Below, piece after piece: positions 7,729 through 15,783 of a stretch of 41,225 bases of DNA. A program made the position numbers and the translations under genes. Position 1 is the first letter of the stretch. Each line of letters starts with the position of its first letter. A model generated the notes under the pieces. It made no database searches. It had not been told where the DNA came from and saw nothing but the letters and a program-made list of their open reading frames with translations. Origin of the DNA: a virus; IMG/VR virus record IMGVR_UViG_3300048838_000134, positions 1-41,225 of that record. The stretch is one strand, 5' to 3'.

Positions 7729-8220
7729 TTAAAATGTTATCATTCGTCTTGTGGTAGGATTGCAGTCATAGTAAGGAAAGTCCGAGCTATTAGCCTCGAT
7801 GTACTTCTTGCAGTCCTCCCAGTATTGCATGGCCGTCTCAAGGGCAAGGTCACGCAGGTTCTTCTTATCCCCGGCAGATGCCGGCTGGGAATCCTCGTTG
7901 CTCTTTGTGACAAAACCCGTGAACGTATCCTCAAGGTTATCGACGATGTAATTAGCAAAAAGGAAGTTGGCAAGGACGTACTTCAGCCCGTCAAAGGTGT
8001 AGGTGACGCCGTTATAGGTGTATGTGCCTCCGGCAAGCAGCTTTGCGTTGGCCGTTTCACCGGAGTTCTGAATCAGATCCTGGAACATATCAAAGCCAAG
8101 CAAGGGCTTGAGGTCCTTAACCTGCGTCAACTCTGCAAGGCGGGCGAACTTCCGGTCAATGTTGTTCGCCGAGATAGGCCGGATAGTCTGCTGGTCAGAT
8201 GACGTCCACAAGATGGTCAT
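7729..8220 (-). CDS. Hypothetical head-module protein
   Basis: Start moved to Met at 8220 (MTILWTSS...), which forms an ATGA overlap with the portal stop at 8217. Confidence 0.5.
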   Translation of the reverse strand: MTILWTSSDQQTIRPISANNIDRKFARLAELTQVKDLKPLLGFDMFQDLIQNSGETANAKLLAGGTYTYNGVTYTFDGLKYVLANFLFANYIVDNLEDTFTGFVTKSNEDSQPASAGDKKNLRDLALETAMQYWEDCKKYIEANSSDFPYYDCNPTTRRMITF

Positions 8221-9440
8221 AGCGCAGGTGGTGTTACGGTTGTACTCTTCGGGGCAAACGTCAGCTCTTCGATGCTCCAATCTCTCTGCCTGAATGCAGG
8301 ATCAATCCAGCTTTTGAAAATCTCCTCGAAGATTTGCGAGATCTTCATCCTGTTTTCGACGGTCATGCTGTTGTAAAATTCGGCCGCCTGTCTCAGGGCT
8401 TCACCTGAAGTGCTTCCGAGCTTGCTGTCCTCATACTCTATGAGTATCTGCGGTATTGCGTTGAATGCTTTCCTGATAGCGTTCTGCGTCGAGGTTTCAT
8501 ATCCCTCGAACATCTTGTCATTGATGTTCTGTTCAATCTTTTCGAGTTTCACGTTCTCTCCTGAGATAACCGAGCCGTCCGGGTTGAATGACCCCTCAAG
8601 TACCATCATAGCCTTTTCGTGGTCACCCCCGATGAACCCCTGCATTTTCTGCACAAATTCAGCAGCCTCTGCATCAGTGTTAAACTTGGTGTGGTGAACA
8701 ATGTATTTCAGGAAGAAGCCTCTCCGCAGTTCGCCGTTCTTGAAGATGGCTATCTGTGATTCCGTGTCAGCGTCCCACTTAGTAGGGTCGATGGGTGACA
8801 GAGGGTAAATGTATTCGTCGTCGAGGAAGGAGTAGAAGATCTGTCCCTTCCAGTTACCGAAGCCACCGGCAGCCTTCACCTGTGCGTCAATAACCTCCTT
8901 GATAGGATTCCAGGTATCGACAGCAATGAACTTGCCCTTCTCTGTCTTTGCAGAACGCCATTTATCCCAGTTGTTATAAACGACTATCTTCGCATTGAAG
9001 TCATTGTCATCCACTTCACCCAACCGGCAGTACCGGAACGGCTCCAAACGGAAGGCCGAAGTGTTGTACCCGGTGTATTGCGCCCGTATGTAGGCACCAT
9101 TGAAATAAGCAAATGACCTTGCAATTTTCCGCAGCAGGTCAAGGGCGGTGATTTTCTTGTAATGCTCCGTACCAACGATCACATCGTTGAGAGCCTTATC
9201 AACAAAGCCCTGTCCTGAGAGGAACCGGGCGTACATACCCGCAGCACTGCGGGCGGTGACAGAGGCGTTTATCAGCCTCTCCATCCGTGAGGGATAGGCG
9301 TTATCAATGTCGTAGGGGACTATCCCTTCAACCTTGACAGCATTGAGCTTAAAGGGAGCGGGGAGGTCAACGAGTGTCAACCTCCGTGCGCCCGATTTAC
9401 CTGAGCGTTCTAATGACCTTCTTTCTGTTACCTGATCCAT
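8217..9440 (-). CDS. Portal protein (PBSX/HK97-like family)
   Basis: 407 aa. NAYPSRMERLINASVTARSAAGMYARFLSGQGF, WKGQIFYSF..YIYPLSPID, FVQKMQGFIGGDHEKAMMVLEG and a C-terminal helical region follow the pattern of PBSX-type portals. Called from memory of family motifs. Confidence 0.6.
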   Translation of the reverse strand: MDQVTERRSLERSGKSGARRLTLVDLPAPFKLNAVKVEGIVPYDIDNAYPSRMERLINASVTARSAAGMYARFLSGQGFVDKALNDVIVGTEHYKKITALDLLRKIARSFAYFNGAYIRAQYTGYNTSAFRLEPFRYCRLGEVDDNDFNAKIVVYNNWDKWRSAKTEKGKFIAVDTWNPIKEVIDAQVKAAGGFGNWKGQIFYSFLDDEYIYPLSPIDPTKWDADTESQIAIFKNGELRRGFFLKYIVHHTKFNTDAEAAEFVQKMQGFIGGDHEKAMMVLEGSFNPDGSVISGENVKLEKIEQNINDKMFEGYETSTQNAIRKAFNAIPQILIEYEDSKLGSTSGEALRQAAEFYNSMTVENRMKISQIFEEIFKSWIDPAFRQRDWSIEELTFAPKSTTVTPPAL

Positions 9441-9458
9441 GAGAGGGAGGTGTTAAGG

Positions 9459-9863
9459 TCATTTCTTTTTTGCTCTTGGCTTGGCCTTCGGTGCGGCCTC
9501 TGCTTCCGGCTCAGCAGCCGGTGTATCTTCTGCTATAATGAAGTTGCTTTTGGCTTTTGGGAACCTGTTGAGATATTCTTCTGCTATCTCGTCGGTCATC
9601 GTCGATGCGTTGTAAATCTGTCCTGAATGGACAAGCACGAGACCTGGTTTAAGCTGGTATTTCATGTTGAGTAGTTTTTGCTGTTTTTCAATTCCTTCGA
9701 GCTGGAGCCTGCGGTAGTAGTTTCTTACCGAGCTGTCGCAGCTGCTTATGGGTGAGCCTCCGTAAAAGAGACTGCGGGTGTAACTGATGACCGCCTGCCG
9801 AAGGGGAGGGGTGACAAGCACCTCCTCCACTCCGTGTGCAAGCAGATCTATCAGGGTGATCAT
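9459..9863 (-). CDS. Hypothetical head-module protein with Ala/Pro/Lys-rich basic tail
   Basis: 134-aa ORF ending in AAEPEAEAAPKAKPRAKKK. Coupled to the upstream gene by an ATGA overlap. Confidence 0.45.
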   Translation of the reverse strand: MITLIDLLAHGVEEVLVTPPLRQAVISYTRSLFYGGSPISSCDSSVRNYYRRLQLEGIEKQQKLLNMKYQLKPGLVLVHSGQIYNASTMTDEIAEEYLNRFPKAKSNFIIAEDTPAAEPEAEAAPKAKPRAKKK

Positions 9864-10417
9864 GATTCAAGGGCAACGAGATCAGACAGGGACGTGGCAT
9901 AGCTGGTGTGGTGGAACACGTACCTTGAGTGCGTTTCCTCTTCACCGTCACGTGTGGCAAACTCGTATGTAGGAATCCCGTAATTGTCGTTTGTCCGGTA
10001 TGACATCCCCGAGGGATGCAGGCCGGTTTCCAATCCGAATATCACAAACGATCCCTCTCCTTTCTTACCCTTCAGCTCGGCAACAATAACGATGTCCGTC
10101 ATGTCATCCATAGCCTTGACATTAGCCGCAGTGCGGCCATAGGGCTGAAACGAGAAGTAATGTTTGAAACAGTTCGGCAGGTTATCGGCAATTACTGCGT
10201 CTGAACCGACGTTGGCCTCCTTCTTGACGGCGGTGATCGGATATGCCAGCGTAGCACCCGCAAGGGCGATAGCTGTGCACAGCGTCTCAGTGGTGCCGTC
10301 CATTGTGAAGGTTGCGTCGGCGCGGTTGATGGCCCATGCTTTGACCTCAATTCCCCCGGAGGGTTTGTTGGTGCATGAGTTGGTTACAGCAGCCGCAATT
10401 TTTGAAGCGCAGCTCAT
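9860..10417 (-). CDS. Hypothetical virion protein
   Basis: Start moved to Met at 10417 (MSCASKIAAAV...), 2 nt after the upstream stop. 185 aa of beta-rich sequence. Confidence 0.45.
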   Translation of the reverse strand: MSCASKIAAAVTNSCTNKPSGGIEVKAWAINRADATFTMDGTTETLCTAIALAGATLAYPITAVKKEANVGSDAVIADNLPNCFKHYFSFQPYGRTAANVKAMDDMTDIVIVAELKGKKGEGSFVIFGLETGLHPSGMSYRTNDNYGIPTYEFATRDGEEETHSRYVFHHTSYATSLSDLVALES

Positions 10418-10419
10418 GG

Positions 10420-10854
10420 TTACTTTGTTGGGACTACGTTGATGAACAGCGACTTCACCCACATTGTATCCGTCGGCGTAATTGTAAACCTGAGATACGG
10501 ATATGACAACGGGTTAGCGGTGATATTGCCTATAATGGTAGTATCAGCGCCGTTACCCGCATAGTTGAGTGTGGATATCGTCTTGTAGTACACATTGTCA
10601 AGCGAACCGGCAAGCACAACGGTTGAAGTGTTACTGCCGGTGTTGTCAATGAGCTTCAGCCCGTAGCTGTAGTAGTATGGAGCGTCCACGTCGAGCTTCA
10701 CGACGTAGTTGTAAGCGGCCACCCTCGGAGTGAGGAGGGTATCAGCCTTGTCGACATAATACCCCGCCTTACCAGCCTTCTTGATGGTGGCGTCCTGTGC
10801 CTGTACCCCTATCGCAAGGGCAAGGAGTGCGAAAATTACGAGTATCTTTTTCAT
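10420..10854 (-). CDS. Secreted protein with Sec signal peptide, located inside the capsid module
   Basis: MKKILVIFALLALAIGVQAQ signal peptide followed by a Tyr/Thr/Asn-rich beta domain. It lies immediately downstream of the major capsid gene. Confidence 0.5.
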   Translation of the reverse strand: MKKILVIFALLALAIGVQAQDATIKKAGKAGYYVDKADTLLTPRVAAYNYVVKLDVDAPYYYSYGLKLIDNTGSNTSTVVLAGSLDNVYYKTISTLNYAGNGADTTIIGNITANPLSYPYLRFTITPTDTMWVKSLFINVVPTK

Positions 10855-10872
10855 CTTCTTTTCCTCCTTTCC

Positions 10873-11922
10873 TTAGTATGCAACAGCGGTCATGTACTCC
10901 TCAAGAAGCACGCAGTCAATGTAGAAGGCTGCGTCAAGATACCACTGACGGGTAACCTTGTCGTAGAAGCTCTCAAGAGACTTCATGCTGCCCTCGTCGC
11001 TGGTACCGATAGGAATGTTGGTAACAGGGGTGAGGATTGCACGGTGCGGGTAGAGAAGGGTGGTACCCTGGTCGTTGTAGGCTGCGATGTTGCGGTCCCA
11101 GTCATTGCGGACAATGATAGGAATGCCCCTGTAGGATGCTTTGGTCGAACCGTCCTCAGCTCTCTGAAGGGCAAAGGCAAGCGACTTGTCCTCAAGGAAG
11201 TCATTCCAGTTGTTCCACAGTGAACGGGTCACCTGGAAGGTGAGATCCTGTGATTCATGCGCCCTGGGGTCGATGTTGTTGTACAGGTAACGGAACACGT
11301 TCAGCGCCCTGTCGGTAGCGAGAGCCAGCTGTGCGGCCTCGGTTGCTTCGGCGTTCTCAGGGATGGTATAACGTACCAGCGTTGCAGCGAAAATCTGCTG
11401 CCACAGGCCGTTTATCATCGTGAAGAAAGACGGGTCAACACCTGCGGTGATGTAACCACCGTCAGCCACGTTGTCAGCGAGTTTGTCACCAAAGGAGGTG
11501 ATACGGAGAATAGCTTCCAGTGTAGCGTCAATACCACGGTCTGTGATGAATGCCATCATCTCGTTATCAACTTCTTCCCATGTCTTCGCAGCGATGCGTG
11601 AGCGCTTCCACATCTTGTAGAGCTGCGACACGTCACCCTGGCAATGGGTCAGACGGTAATCAACGAGTGCAGGATCCCAGTACTTCTGAGTAAGGTTGAC
11701 CTTCTCAGTGCTGGCGTTAGGGGTACATCCTGAAGACACCTTGCCAACCAGACCCATGCGGCCAAAGAAGGGTATCTGCGTCTTCATCTGAATGCCGGTC
11801 ATTACGTTGTGTGCCTGTGCAAGGACCGGTTTTGCATAGACCTTCTCAAACACTGCCTCGGAAGCGGTCAGCGCCTCCTGCGGTTGCAGTGTCAGATCAG
11901 CGGTGTCAATGAGTGATGCCAT
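10873..11922 (-). CDS. Major capsid protein (HK97-fold, inferred)
   Basis: 349 aa, directly downstream of the ClpP-type prohead protease/scaffold gene with a 0-nt gap. Size and position are typical. No diagnostic motif could be verified by eye. Confidence 0.6.
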   Translation of the reverse strand: MASLIDTADLTLQPQEALTASEAVFEKVYAKPVLAQAHNVMTGIQMKTQIPFFGRMGLVGKVSSGCTPNASTEKVNLTQKYWDPALVDYRLTHCQGDVSQLYKMWKRSRIAAKTWEEVDNEMMAFITDRGIDATLEAILRITSFGDKLADNVADGGYITAGVDPSFFTMINGLWQQIFAATLVRYTIPENAEATEAAQLALATDRALNVFRYLYNNIDPRAHESQDLTFQVTRSLWNNWNDFLEDKSLAFALQRAEDGSTKASYRGIPIIVRNDWDRNIAAYNDQGTTLLYPHRAILTPVTNIPIGTSDEGSMKSLESFYDKVTRQWYLDAAFYIDCVLLEEYMTAVAY

Positions 11923-12984
11923 TTATTTGCTTGATTTAAAGGGTTTGCGTACTTCTGGGGCGCCTTCGGTGCGGGGCGGTTCGGGTTTCAGACCTTTGAT
12001 GTCTGAGGTGATCTCAGCCTTGAAAGCCTCAAGTTCTTCCTTCACTGCCTTGAGAGCGTCCTGCGCCTCTGTGAGCTGAGACTTCAGTGTCTCGTTCTCT
12101 GTTTTGAGAGCCTTTGCTGCTTCGTCCTCGGCAGGTGCCGGTTCGGGTTCTGCAGGAGGTTTGATCTCTGTAACCTTGCCACCGGCGAACACGTAAATGG
12201 TTCCGTCGGGCATGGTGTACTCACCTTCGGCGGGCTTGCCGTCAACGGTGGCGGTAGAGCCTACGGCTATCTGAGAGGCTTCCTGAATGTCCTCCCCGAA
12301 GTCAAGGTTCTGGTCGTCGGCTGTTTTCAGTACGAGGTCTTTGATGACCCCCTGCTTCTTGAAAAGAGCCACAATTTTGGAAAGGATACTTTTGTTCCCC
12401 TCTTCAATTTTCTTTGTTAATTCATCTGAGTTCATATCTATTTTTAGTAATGCCACAGCTTTGATCTGCTCTACCTTTGAGGTGGCAAATCTTTTCTCAA
12501 TCGCTTCGTCAGCCGTCAGGAAGGTTTCAGCCTTCATCATCTCGACTATATCATCCCTGCTGTTCCCAGTTGCAGAAGCGTAAAAGTCAATTATCCGGTC
12601 CTCCTCTTTCTTCAGCCTCTCAGCGTACTTCTGCATATCGTCAGCGTCGCCCATTGCAAAGCCAAAGGGGTTATGTATCATCAACTGGGTGTTATCGGTC
12701 ATGCGTCTCTCGCTCCCCGCCAGGAATATGACAGTAGCAATGGAGGCGACAATGCCTTCACCCTGAGTGATGATCTTCTTTCCGGTAGCTCGTAAAACGT
12801 CATGGATAGCCCATCCCTCGAATACATCTCCGCCGGGAGAGTTGATGTGTGCAATAATCGTGTCGGCTTCTTTGTTGTCGGTCAACTGCTTATTGATATC
12901 CTTCAGGTTTACTGCGCCGTATTTCGGTGCGTCCTCATCCTGATATGAGGTGATTTGCCCGTAGATAAAAATGTGACCTTCCAT
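11923..12984 (-). CDS. Prohead serine protease (ClpP/S14 family) fused to coiled-coil scaffold domain
   Basis: INSPGGDVFEGWAIHDVLRATGKKIITQGEGIVASIATVIFLAGSERRMTDNTQLMIHNP matches the ClpP-like head-maturation protease core. The C-terminal half is coiled-coil (ENETLKSQLTEAQDALKAVKEELEAFK). Confidence 0.8.
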   Translation of the reverse strand: MEGHIFIYGQITSYQDEDAPKYGAVNLKDINKQLTDNKEADTIIAHINSPGGDVFEGWAIHDVLRATGKKIITQGEGIVASIATVIFLAGSERRMTDNTQLMIHNPFGFAMGDADDMQKYAERLKKEEDRIIDFYASATGNSRDDIVEMMKAETFLTADEAIEKRFATSKVEQIKAVALLKIDMNSDELTKKIEEGNKSILSKIVALFKKQGVIKDLVLKTADDQNLDFGEDIQEASQIAVGSTATVDGKPAEGEYTMPDGTIYVFAGGKVTEIKPPAEPEPAPAEDEAAKALKTENETLKSQLTEAQDALKAVKEELEAFKAEITSDIKGLKPEPPRTEGAPEVRKPFKSSK

Positions 12985-13045
12985 TCAATTATGCTTTCTT
13001 GTGGTAAAGCGTTGTTTTACTTCATGACAAAAATACGCCCCAGTG

Positions 13046-13077
13046 CTTGCAAATGCCAATACAAATACCTATCTTTG
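13046..13077 (+). promoter_or_regulatory. Bacteroides-type promoter for the plus-strand cassette (-33 cTTG, 20-nt spacer, -7 TATCTTTG)
   Basis: TATCTTTG at 13070..13077 fits TAnnTTTG. CTTG lies at 13046..13049. The ATG at 13098 is about 20 nt downstream. Confidence 0.5.
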
Positions 13078-13097
13078 TCCAAGTGTTGGACAAAACG

Positions 13098-13466
13098 ATG
13101 AATGACAAGGACGAAGAAACTGATTTACAGGAAGTTTACAAGGGAGTAGCAATCTACGCCGACAACTGCCTGGAGAATATCAAAGATGCCCGCAGAGCAT
13201 TACGCCACGCCACAACACGCACAGACAGAAAGATTTACCGCAATGTTATCCGGCACAACCGGAACGAACTGCGTGACGCACGCAACAAAATGAAGATACT
13301 CAAAGCACGTTCAGGTACGACGTGGTGGCTGTGGTTAACCGCACTGCTCCTGAGTATTGTGCTGATGATTGTCATTCCTGGTGCGCCTCTTTATGTCGTG
13401 TTTGCGCCGGTGTGGATAATTGCTTTGATAGGAGTTATCGGAATCTTATTCTATGTAAAGCGATGA
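13098..13466 (+). CDS. Membrane protein (cytoplasmic basic helical N-domain plus two C-terminal TM helices), moron gene 1
   Basis: Start set at the first ATG after the promoter (MNDKDEETD...). TM helices are WWLWLTALLLSIVLMIVIPG and LYVVFAPVWIIALIGVIGILFYV. One of only two genes on the plus strand. Confidence 0.55.
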   Translation: MNDKDEETDLQEVYKGVAIYADNCLENIKDARRALRHATTRTDRKIYRNVIRHNRNELRDARNKMKILKARSGTTWWLWLTALLLSIVLMIVIPGAPLYVVFAPVWIIALIGVIGILFYVKR

Positions 13467-13708
13467 TTTACACGCCAGAGGAATATGCAAGAACATTTAC
13501 TTTTGGCGGTATCTTTTTATCCGCCCGCAGCATTAAGCGGCGGTGTAGGATAGGGCAACTTCCTAAAGGTCATTTAGCCCGTAAGATAGGAGGAAAGACA
13601 GGAGGGTGGATTATTGAGGTAGAGATGTTCTCGGAGAATATCCGTAGGCAGTACAATATTCAACTCACGCTAAAGAAGGAGCAGTCTAAAGCTCCCCAGC
13701 CTTCTTAA
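13463..13708 (+). CDS. Small HTH DNA-binding protein (excisionase/MerR-like HTH_17 type), moron gene 2
   Basis: Start at an internal Met that forms an ATGA overlap with gene 1. FLSARSIKRRCRIGQLPKGHLARKIGGKTGGWII resembles excisionase-family HTH proteins. The 3' end overlaps the convergent tape-measure gene by 23 nt. Confidence 0.5.
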   Translation: MIYTPEEYARTFTFGGIFLSARSIKRRCRIGQLPKGHLARKIGGKTGGWIIEVEMFSENIRRQYNIQLTLKKEQSKAPQPS

Positions 13709-15779
13709 CCTTCACACTCGTATCTTGCACCACCTGAAACTCTTCCAGCACCAGCACGGTCTGCGGTGCGCTCACATTGGAAACATAAGTAGGAGAGGGG
13801 TTGCCGGCCAATCCCGTACCACCACCACCGGCCCCGGCAATATCACTCACGCTGGTTGATGCTCCTCCACTACCACCGCCACCGGCCTTCAGGATGTTAC
13901 GGATAGCGGCCACACCCGTAACAACAGCCGTAGCAGCGGCGGCGCTCTTGATGATAACGCCTCCCGGTGTCTCGGCAAAGGCTGACATTGCGCCCTTGTA
14001 GGTGTTGATGACCGTCTGAACAATGGCCGCAGCCTTACCCGCAGCAGTCTCTTTTCCCAACAGATCAGAGATAGCACCGGCAAACCCGGCAGCAATATTC
14101 ATCTTTGCCATCTGTTTTTCACGTTCGATGACCTTTTCGATGGCTGCAAACTTCTTTGTGATGAGCGCAACACTGGCTCCCGTCTTTAAAGCAGCCTGAA
14201 TCTCTGCCTCCTCCTCCCGTTTCAGGGCGTCAAGTTCTACCTGGAACCGGTCATTCATCTCGAACTCCTTCGCTATACGGGCGTTCTCAGCGTCGGTGAT
14301 AGCTTTCTCAAGCCGGAAGGCGGCCATCTCTTCATCCCACTGCTTCTGCCGGGCGACATCCTCCTGGCGCAGCCTTTCTTTCTCGGCCAGCTTCTGCTTC
14401 TCAAGCTCGATCTCGGCAAGCATCTCCGCCTCAGCAGCCTTGTACTGCTCATCGTAATACTTATGGATGATCTCATTCTCCTGCTCAAGCTGCTTCTCTC
14501 TCTCGGCCATCTCACGCTTGAGTAACCCCGATATCTGCGAGGTGGTTTCTTTCTTCTGTGACGCAGCCTGTGCCTCGAGGTCGATGTACTCCGCAATGAG
14601 TTCATTTACCCGCTTGCGGTCAACATTGGTGGAATTACTCAGTCCGATCTCTTCGAGGGTAATCTGCTTGCCCTCCTTGCGCAACTGGTTTATTCTGTCG
14701 AGAACCGCAGCCTCGTCGGTCATGGCAAGCTCGTTGGCTATCCTCGTAAGTTTAACGGCCTGCTGCGCCTTCGCCTCCTCCTCAATCAGCCTGTTAGCCT
14801 GTTGTAACAGCCTTGCCCTCTCTCCGTCTGTTTTATTCTGATCCGCTGCGGCCTCCTGTAGCTTCTTGATCTCTGTCCGTCGCAGTGCGGAGGTGGTTAT
14901 CAAATCAATCTCTTTGTTCTCCAGCTCCTCCAGCCTGTCACGCAGTTCTCCGGCCAGCCTGACATCCCTTTGTATCTCGTCACCCATGCCAGCAAAGGTA
15001 CCCTTGAGATCCTTTAGCTTCTGCTCTCCTGAGAATACCTTTGCCAATCCGAGGGCGAAGTTCTCAATCCTGTCTTTCAGCACATCGACAACGGCCTTAA
15101 TCTGGTCAAACTTCTTCTTCAGCCGGTCACCACCTTCCTCTGTGTTCTTGAAAGCCTTGACAAGCCCGACAACCACGCCCACAATAGCGGCAATAGCCAG
15201 CACAATAGGATTTGCCATGAACATCTTCGCAGCGTTACCCGCCGTCTGGAAGCCAGTGGCAACGTTTTTCATGGACCCCGGCAGCAGGTCAAGGGCTGAT
15301 TTGTAGTTACCGATGTTCATCTTCTGCTGAATAGCAGCGTCGGAGTTCTTTTTGATGAACTCGGTGTTGGAGTTTATTTGCGCAATGTACTCCTTCTGTG
15401 TCTTACGGCCCGCCTCGGTGGTCAGGTCAAGGGCACGAAGTGATGCCCGGAGCTTCTTATTCTGCTCGTCGAGCTTCTGAATGGTACCCAACTCCTCGTT
15501 TTTCAGCGAAGCGGCAGAGGCAAGCACACGCTCGTTGTTCTTGTACTCGGTTTTCAGACCGGCCATTGATACCTTCTGCAATTCAATAGCCTTTGCGTTC
15601 TGCTGGTATTGCTCGCTGTCCTGCTTGCCAGCCCTACGGAGAACGTCCTGCGTGGCCTCAAGAAGCTGCATCTCCTCACGGGTAGCCCTTATCTGCTCCT
15701 GTATCTCGGCCTGCGCCTTGAGCAGGTCTTTATACTCTATTTCTATTTCAGCGATTCGGATTTTTGGTATGCCTGCCAT
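13686..15779 (-). CDS. Tape-measure-like protein (long coiled-coil, TM/Gly-rich C-terminal part)
   Basis: 697 aa, highly Glu/Lys/Ala/Gln-rich coiled-coil. Hydrophobic segments include PIVLAIAAIVGVVVGLV and a GGGGSGGAS tract. The stop codon is TAG. Confidence 0.6.
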   Translation of the reverse strand: MAGIPKIRIAEIEIEYKDLLKAQAEIQEQIRATREEMQLLEATQDVLRRAGKQDSEQYQQNAKAIELQKVSMAGLKTEYKNNERVLASAASLKNEELGTIQKLDEQNKKLRASLRALDLTTEAGRKTQKEYIAQINSNTEFIKKNSDAAIQQKMNIGNYKSALDLLPGSMKNVATGFQTAGNAAKMFMANPIVLAIAAIVGVVVGLVKAFKNTEEGGDRLKKKFDQIKAVVDVLKDRIENFALGLAKVFSGEQKLKDLKGTFAGMGDEIQRDVRLAGELRDRLEELENKEIDLITTSALRRTEIKKLQEAAADQNKTDGERARLLQQANRLIEEEAKAQQAVKLTRIANELAMTDEAAVLDRINQLRKEGKQITLEEIGLSNSTNVDRKRVNELIAEYIDLEAQAASQKKETTSQISGLLKREMAEREKQLEQENEIIHKYYDEQYKAAEAEMLAEIELEKQKLAEKERLRQEDVARQKQWDEEMAAFRLEKAITDAENARIAKEFEMNDRFQVELDALKREEEAEIQAALKTGASVALITKKFAAIEKVIEREKQMAKMNIAAGFAGAISDLLGKETAAGKAAAIVQTVINTYKGAMSAFAETPGGVIIKSAAAATAVVTGVAAIRNILKAGGGGSGGASTSVSDIAGAGGGGTGLAGNPSPTYVSNVSAPQTVLVLEEFQVVQDTSVKVKKAGEL

Positions 15780-15783
15780 TGCC

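Noticed and set aside
13411-13419. DnaA boxes as an origin marker (TGTGGATAA at 13411..13419; cTATCCACA at 27722..27730)
   Set aside because: These are single, isolated 9-mers inside coding sequence, with no clustering or adjacent AT-rich unwinding element. About one chance match is expected in 82 kb of two-strand sequence.
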